DNA of 64,000 bases from Luteirhabdus salina (GTDB lineage Bacteria > Bacteroidota > Bacteroidia > Flavobacteriales > Flavobacteriaceae): positions 561,064-625,063 of the forward strand of contig JALAHT010000001.1 in the NCBI GenBank assembly GCA_025384855.1. Direction: 5' to 3'. The notes under the pieces were generated by a model. It saw only the letters and a list, made by a program, of their open reading frames with translations. It was not told the DNA's origin and searched no databases. Of the stretch, positions 28,901 to 37,699 are shown piece by piece; positions within the stretch are counted from its first letter, which is position 1, and the number at the start of each line of letters is the position of its first letter. Position numbers and translations under genes: made by a program.

Positions 28901-30847
28901 GCTCTGAGCAGTATCTTCAATGGAAAGATTTGAAACAATGTCGATCAACATTTCAAGTCCCTCCGCAATCTCATTAATTTCAGCTTCTAGCTTTTTAGCT
29001 TCGGTAACCTTCGACACTTTTTGAAGCATCTTTTCCTTTTCGGCCACGGCATCCTGATATGGTTGAAGCGCTTTCGGATTCAATAGAAATTGAACACAGC
29101 GCTCTGAAATCCGTTCTGTTTGCGTAGCGATTTCTTCCTCTAGCGATTCGGCGAAAGAAATCTCGACATACCGGATGTCCTTCAAGGAGATTGTTTCTCC
29201 CCTCACGCCCCTTAACTTCGACAAGGCCTGCACATACTCCTGAATCGATCGAAAAGAAGTGCTTTTTATCTTTCCGAATAAATCCTCAACTTTTTTAGAA
29301 ACCTCCTGCGAAGCATTCTTGGCCTTTTTCTTCAGTTGCTGAACCTTTTCGAACTCCTCGATTGCAGCATTCGCTGCATCATTTATTTCACCTAAAGGCT
29401 CATTAAGTTTCTTGGTCTCTGGCTCTGGCAACCAATAGTAGGCGTCCAGGATATCCTTCGAAAACTTTGCAATATCGCTATAAAGACTTTGGTAACTATC
29501 TTCTTTGTTCAATAGCGTAATTAGCCCATTAATTTCAGCCATCGCCTTCACGATATCCTTGTTACCGATTTTATACAGCAAACTATCCTCGTGTTGCGAT
29601 GGCATATAATCGCCCTTCAAAAAAGGTGTTTGCCAAATCTGAATAACGTGATGCTTGGTCTGTTCGGCCTCCGTCTTAAAGTAACACAATTCACCTTGCT
29701 CTAAAATGGTGAATCCATTACAGATAATCGGCGTTTTAATTTCTTGTGAAATGACGTTATACGCCATCAGATTATAAAGGCTTTTATCTGGCGCATAAAA
29801 GACATATAGAAAATCTTCCCCATTGGGAGAAACAATCTTTTCCTGAAACTGGACATTGGGAATGGCATTATCGAAAATGGAATACTCCCCTGTCTGAAGG
29901 TAATATCCCGTTGGAAAAATAATGCCTTGATCGTCTGGCAGCAATACACAGGTATCCTTAATACTTTCAATCTTTTGTACTTCCTTGATTTTATGGTTGT
30001 ATACAAAATATCGTGGAGGTTCCTGAAAGGGTTTTATTTCTAATACCACTAGGTTGCCAAGGTTTGCATAACGATATTGACCGTCATCTAGGGTTTGATC
30101 CTTATGCTCGACACCTTCCGAAAAAATACCCTTGCCATCTTCGGTATTGTCCTCAATTTTTATGGTTAGGTCACCACCGACGGTTTCTACGAATACTTTA
30201 TCCAAAATGGATACATGTGGGTGTACGCCATAACGATGCATATCTCGTGTAACCTCCTGCCAATTGAATTCGTGTTGCGCTGGAAACGTATACTCATGAT
30301 CGCTTCGGTTATCGACATAGGACAACGAATCGTCCTTTATCAACCACTTGAAGGTCTTGATATCCGATGTACTCTCACTTAATTGAAATACCATATACAG
30401 ATAGTTTCCAATTATCGAAAACTTCGAGAATATGGTATTCCGGTAATATTTATAAAGATTGGTGAAATCGGTAATAAAGGTTTCGTCCTGCAGCATTTCC
30501 ATAGGCAGCGGTTCGAACCTATTATCCTTAAAGCGGTATAAACTGAAGACATCGTCTAGGGTGATATCTGTTCGAAGACCGAAATGGACATTATAACCAA
30601 ATAAACACGTATTTCCTAGTGAAACGATATCGCGCGCAATACAGTTATTTTCAGTATTGATGCGATCGTTGGCCACCAACTTCGTTTCCAGCGAGCCAAA
30701 AACCGTCTTGCGCTCGTCGTTGAGCGCTTGCAGGCGATTCTGCAGCGTTTGTTTCTGCTTCTGAAGGCGATTCTGAATGATTTCATAGGTACCACCATCA
30801 AGCGTAGGGTTTTGCTGTACTTTTTGTTCGTCGGATGTTGATGCCAT
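25955..30847 (-). CDS. Giant (1630 aa) coiled-coil protein with a single C-terminal MoxR/AAA_5-type ATPase module. Sometimes carried in annotations as 'DNA repair ATPase-like'.
   Basis: Walker A (LISPPGYGKTT), Walker B (VMLYLDDIQH), MoxR-like sensor segment (VVMAGNPYTESGEKFQIPDMLANRADIY). About 500 aa of heptad-rich coiled coil in the middle. Intergenic spacing suggests co-transcription with the flotillin, NfeD-like, PspA and YbjN-like genes downstream. Confidence 0.8.
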   Translation of the reverse strand: MASTSDEQKVQQNPTLDGGTYEIIQNRLQKQKQTLQNRLQALNDERKTVFGSLETKLVANDRINTENNCIARDIVSLGNTCLFGYNVHFGLRTDITLDDVFSLYRFKDNRFEPLPMEMLQDETFITDFTNLYKYYRNTIFSKFSIIGNYLYMVFQLSESTSDIKTFKWLIKDDSLSYVDNRSDHEYTFPAQHEFNWQEVTRDMHRYGVHPHVSILDKVFVETVGGDLTIKIEDNTEDGKGIFSEGVEHKDQTLDDGQYRYANLGNLVVLEIKPFQEPPRYFVYNHKIKEVQKIESIKDTCVLLPDDQGIIFPTGYYLQTGEYSIFDNAIPNVQFQEKIVSPNGEDFLYVFYAPDKSLYNLMAYNVISQEIKTPIICNGFTILEQGELCYFKTEAEQTKHHVIQIWQTPFLKGDYMPSQHEDSLLYKIGNKDIVKAMAEINGLITLLNKEDSYQSLYSDIAKFSKDILDAYYWLPEPETKKLNEPLGEINDAANAAIEEFEKVQQLKKKAKNASQEVSKKVEDLFGKIKSTSFRSIQEYVQALSKLRGVRGETISLKDIRYVEISFAESLEEEIATQTERISERCVQFLLNPKALQPYQDAVAEKEKMLQKVSKVTEAKKLEAEINEIAEGLEMLIDIVSNLSIEDTAQSTKIIDDISLIFASINQLKASLKNKRKSLVKAEAEADFAAQLKLIDQSIINYLDMAATPEKCDEFQNKISVQLEELEGKFADFEAFIEVIIEKREEVYAAFEAQKNALVEKRNKKAVAFESAATRILNGVQKKAERFTTGAEVNGYFASDLMVNKVRDIIQKLREMEDSGKAEAIETKLKTAREEALRKLKDKNELYEDGENVIRLGSHKFGVNRQPLDLTIVHKKEGLQAHLTGTDYYESITDETLLESADLWEQEYISENKAVYRGAYLAYKAFAKVSNEDTLHHNDGELLQFVQNLSRESYAEGYIKGVHDHDATAILQVLIQKHLDLGLLKFHPEIRANAQFFWHGMKAQHRGILDRAIKASGVVIQCFPNSAEYDYIIEKICRQIEVFLQEAPLFDVVMTKNIAQYIFEELQGDATFIQSAEAGTLSDNFQKALKKQQADIKFKKGYEEASSYEAKIRLVRQWVSAYIKSTSATENLATHRKYIDEVVCAIIFEDASVSATKNASPTATIKNLKGSHETIKEGAFQFDYHEFMNSMAIFLGEKVPAFEHFRKTKHAVIEQMKKNLKLEEFKPRVLTSFVRNKLIDQVYLPLIGDNLSKQLGTVGDAKRTDRMGMLLLISPPGYGKTTLMEYIANRLGLVFVKINGPAIGHEVTSVDPMAATNSAAREELKRLNLAFEMGNNVMLYLDDIQHCSPEFLQKFISLSDGTRKIEGVHKGESKTYDLRGKKFCVVMAGNPYTESGEKFQIPDMLANRADIYNLGDIIGDTEHLFKLSLVENALTSNPLMHQLSSVHFEDFYTLLDRVENHTADGQLLGNYSSQEVKDYESVLEKIVMVRETVLAVNKTYIKSAAMEDAYRTEPPFKLQGSYRDMNKLVAKVVPIMNTKEIDTLLLSHYESEAQTLNASAEANLLKFRELRGTLTAEEKERWESIKETFEKNNKLKGLGDKNEMAQLLLQMMEFSTNLEGIRSVLEKGLDRN

Positions 30848-30967
30848 AGGGCAATTGAAATTACTTCGGTTTCACTTTAAAAAATGGGAATAGTAGCTAT
30901 ATGAAACTATCCATAAACAGCGCTAACGGCCTTCCGCAATACACGGAAGGCTGCTACGCCACTTCAC

Positions 30968-33034
30968 TTAAGATAGTTTTTTGGAATCTAGTCCTAGTCC
31001 TTTCGCAAGGTTAAACAGATTGCTAAACAAAGTCTGTTCTTCTGCGTCGTCTGATCGCTTCTTCAGGTCCATTAATAGATTGGCGATGGTCAGGTTCTTG
31101 ATATCTTCGGAAGAGATGCCATATTTTTCAGCAAACTCCCGAACTTTTTCAAGTAAGTTGCCTTTTACATCTTCACTACCAAGGATAGCATCCTTCACCT
31201 GCTGAATGTTTTGACTGTTTTCGACGAGTCGATCGAATCCTTTTCCTTTTGTAATCTGACCGATAATTTGCTCGAAGAACATAGTTTCACCACCCACGAT
31301 ATCGATCTTCGCTGCTTTTAAGGCATCTCCGATTACCTTCGCTTGGGCGTCGGCGATATCTTTTTGGATATTGATATGAGCAAGGTCTACCTGAAGTTCT
31401 TTATCTAGGCGTAACTTGAACTCTTCGTGGTCTTTTCCAACGCCATCCAATTTCTTCATGGCATTTGCTTTCTCTTCGATTCCGGCTGCATCGGCAAGGG
31501 CTTTTTCCTTGATGACTTCAGCCTCTGCCATTCCATCCTTACGCTTTGCTTCCGCTTTCGCCTGAATACCGGCAGCTTCAGCGGTAGCGCGTTTTTCGAT
31601 GATAAGAGCTTCCACAATACCTTGACGCTCGTTGGCATCTGCTTTGGCATGCATTACTTGTGCTTCTGATAGTCCAACCGTAGCCTCTTCTTTCGCTTGT
31701 GCTTCTGCAAGAATCTTACGTGCCTCGGCTTTCTTCTCACTTGCTTCCTTATCGGCTTGTGCTTCGATATTGATTTCCTCTGCGCGTTGTTTAGCGGCCT
31801 CTTTTTGAGCTTCGGCAGCCTTGATCGTTTTAATAAGATCTTCCTGGGCGTTTGCCTCTGCGACAGTAATCTTCACCTGCTTATCACGGTCGGCGGTTTT
31901 AAAGGCTTCAATATCCTTCATATTCTCCTGCTCTTCAACCACGCCTTTTTCAAGCATTACGCGGTCGCGAATAACATCTTGGATATTTTTCTTTTCAACC
32001 TCAACAACCTTTTCTTTTTCAATTTGCGCTAAGGTTACTACTCGTTCGCGCTCGGTAGCTTCCAACAGGCGATCTTTCTCTACGCGCTCTGTCTCAACGG
32101 CATCTGTTCGTTGTTTGTTTTTCAGGGCAACGATAATCTGTCGCTCCATGTTCTCTTCGGCTATCTTCACCTTTTCATGGGTTGCGATACGAGCCGTTTC
32201 AGATTTTAAGCGCTCTTCTTCTGACACTTTTAAGGTTTCGGCCTCTTCGCGCGCTTTTATATTAGCTATTTCACGTTTTTGCTGCTCTTCTTTTTCTGAA
32301 AGTTGCTTATCAAGCTCCAAAATTGCCTCCCGCGCTTCCACATCTTGCTTGCGGATGGTTTTTTCCTCATCTCTTTTGATAAGGTTCGCCTTGATATTTT
32401 GGGCTGCGGTAAGCTCTGTAATCTTTTTGATACCCTCTGCATCCAAAATATTGTCTGGCTTCAAAGAAGTAACAGCGGTTTGCTCTAGGAAGTCGATAGC
32501 ACAATCCTCCAACGTATAACCATTTAGGTCGGTACCGATAATGTTTACGATTTCGTCACGGAACTCGCGTCGCGCTTCATAAAGTTCGGTAAACTCAAAT
32601 TTCTTACCTACGGTTTTCAAGGCTTCCGAAAACTTCGCCTCGAAGAGATCCTCTAAAGTTTCGATACGGGAAGCACGGTTTACCCCGATGGTTTGGGCTA
32701 CCTTTTTAATATATTGGATATCATTGTTCACTCGAACAAAGAATGCTACCTTAATATCGGCCCGCATATTATCCTTACAGATAAGACCTTCAACACCTAG
32801 GCGTTCAATTTGGATTTTCTTGACCGAAACATCCATAATTTCCACCTTGTGAAAGACCGGTACGACATATAGTCCTTTATCGGTGGCAACTTTCGTACCT
32901 CCAAATCCAGTTCTTATAAGCGCTTGTCCTTGCGCCACTTTTTTGTAAAACATCGCGATTATCGCGAAGTAGACAATAATTAGGAAAAGGAGTATACCTA
33001 TCCCTGTGCCAATAATTGGTAAAATTGATTCCAT
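30968..33034 (-). CDS. Flotillin-family (SPFH/band-7) protein with extended Glu/Ala/Lys coiled-coil region
   Basis: N-terminal TM, SPFH domain (…YVVPVFHKVEIMDVSVKKIQIERLG…) and long EAxxK repeats. Confidence 0.85.
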   Translation of the reverse strand: MESILPIIGTGIGILLFLIIVYFAIIAMFYKKVAQGQALIRTGFGGTKVATDKGLYVVPVFHKVEIMDVSVKKIQIERLGVEGLICKDNMRADIKVAFFVRVNNDIQYIKKVAQTIGVNRASRIETLEDLFEAKFSEALKTVGKKFEFTELYEARREFRDEIVNIIGTDLNGYTLEDCAIDFLEQTAVTSLKPDNILDAEGIKKITELTAAQNIKANLIKRDEEKTIRKQDVEAREAILELDKQLSEKEEQQKREIANIKAREEAETLKVSEEERLKSETARIATHEKVKIAEENMERQIIVALKNKQRTDAVETERVEKDRLLEATERERVVTLAQIEKEKVVEVEKKNIQDVIRDRVMLEKGVVEEQENMKDIEAFKTADRDKQVKITVAEANAQEDLIKTIKAAEAQKEAAKQRAEEINIEAQADKEASEKKAEARKILAEAQAKEEATVGLSEAQVMHAKADANERQGIVEALIIEKRATAEAAGIQAKAEAKRKDGMAEAEVIKEKALADAAGIEEKANAMKKLDGVGKDHEEFKLRLDKELQVDLAHINIQKDIADAQAKVIGDALKAAKIDIVGGETMFFEQIIGQITKGKGFDRLVENSQNIQQVKDAILGSEDVKGNLLEKVREFAEKYGISSEDIKNLTIANLLMDLKKRSDDAEEQTLFSNLFNLAKGLGLDSKKLS

Positions 33035-33049
33035 AAAGCAAATTTGGTT

Positions 33050-33760
33050 TTAATCGTTATAAGCTTGCACTAAAAAATAGTTGTGGTCTGCCGACCGTTT
33101 TATGATGAGCACCTGGGTTCCATAGGCCAAGGGAGCACCGTCTAACGACTTTACATAAATAGCATTGCTATTTCCCTCGACGACAACTTCGGCATTGCCC
33201 ATTTTATCTTCTGAAATAGATGACAGCAATAGCGCCTGGCGTCCGAGATAATCGATAGGCGCGTCGCCATCCTTATTAAGGTTCTTGAAAAATCCTTTGA
33301 ACGGGGTGGTAAAGATCTTATTGATAAACAAAGCTGGAAACAGCGCCAATAGCATCACTAAGAAACCGATGAAATTATCATAGGTAAAGGTAAGCGCGGT
33401 TACCAGTACTGTCGTAAACCACCAAATAAAGATCCAACAGGTGAAGGTGAACATAAATGGCAGTCCGACAAAGTTGAAATAGATCAAAAATATCTGCCAC
33501 CACTTTAATGGCTTCCTACGCTTCCCAACTACGTCTTCCTGGTTCACTTCGGCATTAGAAATGTCTTGGAAATCCATGTTGCCGCCTTCAATCCCCGAGT
33601 CTACATCGATATCAGCATCGACATCCACCTCTACATCAAAGTCGAGGTCGAAATCCAACCCACCAATCATCGTGATGATCCAATAGATAATGAGAAGGAT
33701 GAGTAGAATTGACAGGACACTATTTACCTCCGAAAAAAGTATGTTGAAAAAATCGCTCAC
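33050..33760 (-). CDS. NfeD-like membrane protein (TM helices, acidic DVDVD linker, C-terminal OB-fold-like beta domain)
   Basis: Two hydrophobic blocks. C-terminal …AEVVVEGNSNAIYVKSLDGAPLAYGTQVLIIK… resembles NfeD short-form beta-barrel. Adjacent to flotillin, as NfeD genes typically are. Confidence 0.45.
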   Translation of the reverse strand: MSDFFNILFSEVNSVLSILLILLIIYWIITMIGGLDFDLDFDVEVDVDADIDVDSGIEGGNMDFQDISNAEVNQEDVVGKRRKPLKWWQIFLIYFNFVGLPFMFTFTCWIFIWWFTTVLVTALTFTYDNFIGFLVMLLALFPALFINKIFTTPFKGFFKNLNKDGDAPIDYLGRQALLLSSISEDKMGNAEVVVEGNSNAIYVKSLDGAPLAYGTQVLIIKRSADHNYFLVQAYND

Positions 33761-33762
33761 GT

Positions 33763-34479
33763 TTAGGCGTCTTTACCGTCGTTCATCCCCAATTGTGCCT
33801 TCAATTTATCAAGTTCTTCATCTGCTTTTGCCTCCGATGTATCGGCGGCTTTGTCCAGTTCCTCATCGACCGACTTATTCGCATTTGCGATATCGCCATA
33901 GGCTTCAGCCAGTGCTTCTTCCTGTGCCACCTTTTCCTTCATACGTTCCAGCATAGAAACCGTTCCCGCACTGTCCAACTCTGCCATTTGTTTGTTAAGG
34001 TTCTTGGTAGCATTGCTTACCTTAACGCGTGCCTTCAGCGTTTTAAGTTCGTTTTCCCAGTTGCTGATATTGGCTTTTATGGTTTGAACATTTTTCTGCA
34101 ATTGTGCCACATTATTATCGAATTTCTCAGATTCGTTTTTGGCCTGTTCTGCTTGCTTTTCGGCAGCTTCTTTTTGCATCAAGGCTTCCTTGGCCAAACG
34201 ATCGGCTTCGGCAGCGTCCATTTCCTTATTATGTCCTTTTTTCAGAATGATGATTGCCTTATCCTGATATTCCTGCGCTTTATTTTGATGGTTTTCCTGG
34301 TCGTTTTTAGCCCGAATTGCTAAAGCTTTCACTTTTGCCAATGCCTCAAGGCTTTTTTCAAGATCTAGTTTCATATCGCGGATTCCCTGCTCCGTCATTT
34401 TGATAGGATCTTCCATCTTATCGATGGCTGCATTCGTTTCCGCTTGTCCGATTTTAAAGAGTCGTCTGAAGATATTCAT
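33763..34479 (-). CDS. pspA: PspA/IM30 (Vipp1) family protein
   Basis: N-terminus MNIFRRLFKIGQAETNAAIDKMEDPIKMTEQGIRDMKLDLEKS is the canonical PspA/IM30 start. All-helical coiled coil. Confidence 0.85.
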   Translation of the reverse strand: MNIFRRLFKIGQAETNAAIDKMEDPIKMTEQGIRDMKLDLEKSLEALAKVKALAIRAKNDQENHQNKAQEYQDKAIIILKKGHNKEMDAAEADRLAKEALMQKEAAEKQAEQAKNESEKFDNNVAQLQKNVQTIKANISNWENELKTLKARVKVSNATKNLNKQMAELDSAGTVSMLERMKEKVAQEEALAEAYGDIANANKSVDEELDKAADTSEAKADEELDKLKAQLGMNDGKDA

Positions 34480-34491
34480 AGTACGTCGATT

Positions 34492-34887
34492 TTAATAGTT
34501 AGAAAATTCAATGATTTGTTCGGAATACTCACTTAGCAATAAGCTTAGGGAGTTAAGGCTGCCTTCCAACTCGTTCAAATCCATATTCTCAATTTGAAGG
34601 GTATCGCGGAAAATAACTTTCCTTCCGGTTTCATCAAGCACAAAAGCACCATGAATAATGTCGCGATTCTTCTGCAACAGATTTTGAAACACTTTTTCTG
34701 ACTGGTTGTTAATCGTAAAAATAAATTGCTCTAGGATTAAAATGGGAGGCGCTACTCCCAAAATCAGATTACGTATTCCTGCATTTTCCTTTTGAACTAC
34801 CAAAACACCATCTTCCTTATTTTCATGTGTAATGTTGAAATTCAACTCCAATAGAAAATCTCTTGTGATGGTAAAATGGTTTTTCAT
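34492..34887 (-). CDS. YbjN-like small cytosolic protein
   Basis: About 130 aa. Pattern recalled from YbjN family members that are frequently encoded with PspA. Confidence 0.45.
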   Translation of the reverse strand: MKNHFTITRDFLLELNFNITHENKEDGVLVVQKENAGIRNLILGVAPPILILEQFIFTINNQSEKVFQNLLQKNRDIIHGAFVLDETGRKVIFRDTLQIENMDLNELEGSLNSLSLLLSEYSEQIIEFSNY

Positions 34888-35101
34888 GTTAAAAAAGTTT
34901 TAAAAATGAAACAAGATGTCAATAATACAAAATTATTTTAGCCTTCGCCCGTATTTTTTTTCACACCCTATTAATGATTACAATTAAGTAAACTACCGAA
35001 GCAATAATGCTCAAGAAATTAGCTATACTTAATCTTTTTCGCTAATATTGTTAGTCAAATATATCACTTATTTTTAATATTGCAAATAAAATTAGCAATT
35101 T

Positions 35102-35857
35102 ATGTCAAAATTTGGCAAAAATATCAGAAAAATTAGAAGCGTGAAGACTCTTAGTCAGCAGGCCTTTGCAGAGTTATTCGGGCTCAAGCGCGGTACATTG
35201 GGCGCTTATGAAGAAGGTAGAAGTGAACCGAAAATAGAGACCATTATAAAAATTGCTAATCATTTTAGCATCCCTATCGACGACTTGCTAACGAAGGAAC
35301 TTACCGTCAATAAACTTTTAAAATTTAAAGGCGATTTGGCTATCGAGGATTCTTCCTCACCTACGGAAACCTTTGCAAGAGTACCGTGCATCACACCGAA
35401 GACCAGTGGTGAATATATGCATCGTTATAAAGATAAATCGTTCTTACTACAACTTCCAGCACTTTCGCTTCCTATCAATCCAGAAAAACGCTTCCGAGGA
35501 TATACAGTGGAAAATTTGGAAATGGGCAGCAACGACAAAGGGTTGTTTCCGAAGGATATTGTGATTGGGGAGGTAGTTCCAAAAAATGTCTACAAGAAAT
35601 TAAACAACGGCGTTTTGGTCTTGGTACTAGCAAATAACGCGTTGATTCTACGTCGCTTGTATATTGCGAAGGACATCGCCACCCTTCGTGCCGATCATAA
35701 GAATGTAGAAGAGATGAGCATACCGCTTTCAGATATAGAAGAGCTATGGCGTATTCGATATGTGTTCTATCACCGCTTACCTGATCTAAAAGAAGGATTG
35801 GAGGAAAAACTTCAAAAATTGGAAAAGGAGTTTGCTAAAATTCGCAAAGGGCTATAG
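35102..35857 (+). CDS. XRE-family HTH transcriptional regulator with uncharacterised C-terminal domain
   Basis: N-terminal HTH_XRE (IRKIRSVKTLSQQAFAELFGLKRGTLGAYEEGRSEP). Confidence 0.7.
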   Translation: MSKFGKNIRKIRSVKTLSQQAFAELFGLKRGTLGAYEEGRSEPKIETIIKIANHFSIPIDDLLTKELTVNKLLKFKGDLAIEDSSSPTETFARVPCITPKTSGEYMHRYKDKSFLLQLPALSLPINPEKRFRGYTVENLEMGSNDKGLFPKDIVIGEVVPKNVYKKLNNGVLVLVLANNALILRRLYIAKDIATLRADHKNVEEMSIPLSDIEELWRIRYVFYHRLPDLKEGLEEKLQKLEKEFAKIRKGL

Positions 35858-36046
35858 AATAGCCTATGACATTAAATCTTCTGCATTTTTAGGTAGCAAT
35901 GGGGAAATGTTGGGAAAGCATCTTACACTTTCGGTATTTAGACAAGGCACCTTTCTAAAAGCACACTTTACAGAAGCGGTGGCAGGCTGTGATTGGACGA
36001 AGGTTACGGATCCAATTCGGATATATGCTAATCAAACCTCAATTAA

Positions 36047-36075
36047 TTCAAAAAGCCTCTCAAAAAGAGAGGCTT
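36047..36075 (+). terminator. Intrinsic terminator: perfect 9-bp stem (aagcctctc / gagaggctt) with AAAAA loop, then TTTACTT
   Basis: Read directly. Lies between the XRE gene and the tRNA fragment and could act bidirectionally. Confidence 0.75.
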
Positions 36076-36081
36076 TACTTG

Positions 36082-36140
36082 TGCGGCTGAAGGGAGTCGA
36101 ACCCCCACGCCTTGCGGCACTAGATCCTAAGTCTAGCGTA
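36082..36140 (-). other. Partial tRNA-Leu(TAG): 3' fragment (anticodon arm, long variable arm, T-arm, 3' acceptor strand) with no 5' acceptor or D-arm. Interpreted as an att-site remnant at the left end of an integrated element.
   Basis: Minus-strand reading: CTAGA-CTTAGGA-TCTAG (anticodon loop with UAG), GCCGCAAGGC variable stem-loop, GGGGG-TTCGACT-CCCTT T-arm, CAGCCGC 3' acceptor plus discriminator A. The complementary 5' acceptor GCGGCTG is absent downstream. Confidence 0.6.
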
Positions 36141-36235
36141 CATTTGCCTAAATAACACCAAAGTCACTCATTTTCAATTGATTATAAAAAACATCATTTT
36201 CTTTGATATCATCTAATATCAATTGATTTCAGCAT

Positions 36236-36341
36236 TTGTTGTACCTATGTTGTACCTAAAAAGTCTAATAAATTTGTATCTTTATCGAAAGTTTACAACA
36301 AAAATTAAGCTCAAAATACAATGTTGTACCTATGTTGTACC
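36236..36341 (+). promoter_or_regulatory. Two copies of the 21-bp direct repeat tgttgtacctatgttgtacct (four TGTTGTACCT units), 85 bp apart, upstream of the integrase. Candidate arm-type recombinase/regulator binding sites.
   Basis: Exact repeats at 36236-36256 and 36321-36341. Confidence 0.55.
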
Positions 36342-36374
36342 TGATTTGACTTTCGTACTCAAAACAGGTCAATT

Positions 36375-37589
36375 ATGTCGTCAAATGCAAAAATAGTACT
36401 ACGCAAAAAACCGAACAGTAAAGGTCTATATCCACTAGCTATTCGTATCACAAAAAATCGTCGCTCAACATACCAATATATTGGTCATTATATCGACTTA
36501 GAGGATTGGGACGAAAAAAACATTCGAGTAAAAAAATCAAATCAAAACGCAGAAAGTTTAAACAAGTTGTTATCACAAGAACTTTCTGATGCCAATAAAG
36601 CACTTATTGATTTGCAATCAGAACACAAAGATGCTTCTGCAAACCAAATCAAAAAAGAGCTATACGCATTGGGTAATACTTCTACCTTTTTTGAACTTGC
36701 CCAAGAGCATCTCAATGAATTGAAAGCTGCTGAAAAATTAAACCGCCTATCCACAGATAGTGCTTTGGTAACTTATATCTTAAAATTCAATAAATCCAAA
36801 CAACTTTCCTTTCAGGAAATCGACGAGCGTTTCCTGAAGAAATTGATGATATATCTAAAAGTTGAACATTCTCTAGCTGAAACGTCAATAATGAATATAC
36901 TGGTATTTATCCGCTTATTGTTCAATAGGGCAATAAAGCTTAAAATTGTTAGTAGGGAATTGTACCCTTTTGGTGGTGATAAGATTAAAATTAAATTTCC
37001 GGAAACAAATAAAATTGGGTTGAATATTATTGAAGTAAGAGCTATAGAGGCTCTTGATAATTTAACGTTAGCTGAAATGCACACAAGAAACGTTTGGCTT
37101 TTCAGCTTCAATTTTGCAGGAATGCGAGTTACTGATGTACTATGGACAAAGTGGTCCGATATTTATGACGGCAGACTACATTATAGAATGAATAAAAACT
37201 CGAAATTATTATCATTGAAAATACCAGATAAAGTTTTTAAAATTTTAGACTACTACAGGGACGACAAGAGATACCCAACGGATTTTGTTTTCCCTGAATT
37301 GAAAAAAGCGAATCTCGATGACGCTAAAGACATCTATAACAAAAGAAAGACAGCTACCAAAAAATTTAATGATAATCTAAAGTCTATTGCTAAAAAGGCA
37401 AAAATAGATAAGAAGGTTACTATGCACATTGCGAGGCATACTTTTGGTAACATCGCTGGTGATACCATTCACCCCTTAATGCTTCAGAAGCTATACCGCC
37501 ATAGCGATTTAAAGACAACATTAAATTATCAAGCTAATTTTATACATAAAGAAGCTGATGATGCCTTGGAAAGCGTAGTAAATTTCTGA
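36375..37589 (+). CDS. int: Tyrosine-type site-specific integrase (phage integrase family)
   Basis: C-terminal catalytic region with R…HxxR…Y (…MHIARHTFGNIAGD…LYRHSDLKTTLNYQANF). N-terminal SAM-like/core-binding domain. Confidence 0.85.
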   Translation: MSSNAKIVLRKKPNSKGLYPLAIRITKNRRSTYQYIGHYIDLEDWDEKNIRVKKSNQNAESLNKLLSQELSDANKALIDLQSEHKDASANQIKKELYALGNTSTFFELAQEHLNELKAAEKLNRLSTDSALVTYILKFNKSKQLSFQEIDERFLKKLMIYLKVEHSLAETSIMNILVFIRLLFNRAIKLKIVSRELYPFGGDKIKIKFPETNKIGLNIIEVRAIEALDNLTLAEMHTRNVWLFSFNFAGMRVTDVLWTKWSDIYDGRLHYRMNKNSKLLSLKIPDKVFKILDYYRDDKRYPTDFVFPELKKANLDDAKDIYNKRKTATKKFNDNLKSIAKKAKIDKKVTMHIARHTFGNIAGDTIHPLMLQKLYRHSDLKTTLNYQANFIHKEADDALESVVNF

Positions 37590-37699
37590 AAAAAATATTA
37601 AAACAAAATTTAGATAGCTTAAGTTCTATTCTTCTGAGCAAAATTAAAATTCTGTTAATCACGATAAAAAATGTTAAATTTTTGTAATTTTGCATTTAA

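Noticed and set aside
31821-32519. 232-aa Ser/Thr/Phe-rich ORF on the plus strand inside the flotillin gene, along with many other 60-120-aa ORFs in the track lying antisense or out of frame within longer genes (e.g. 313-540, 1431-1634, 1685-2002, 26946-27305, 39307-39888, 54086-54484, 55178-55597)
   Set aside because: They are fully nested in longer, motif-bearing ORFs. The low-complexity composition is the expected antisense image of GAA/GCT/AAG-rich coiled-coil codons. No independent start context or motifs.
34888-35101. Divergent promoter between the YbjN/PspA operon and the XRE gene
   Set aside because: Very AT-rich. I could not locate a clean Bacteroidota TAnnTTTG -7 or TTG -33 pair with confidence, so no promoter feature is reported.
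35832-36155. 107-aa ORF overlapping the XRE gene end, the terminator hairpin and the tRNA-Leu fragment
   Set aside because: It spans a terminator and tRNA-derived sequence. Its translation (…RLKGVEPPRLAALDPKSSVHL) is the reading of tRNA-like DNA. Almost certainly spurious.
36082-36166. Possibility that a complete tRNA-Leu gene is present
   Set aside because: The 3' acceptor strand CAGCCGC has no complementary GCGGCTG 5' strand in the expected position. The region 36141-36166 has no D-arm. Only the 3' about 55-60 nt are tRNA-like.
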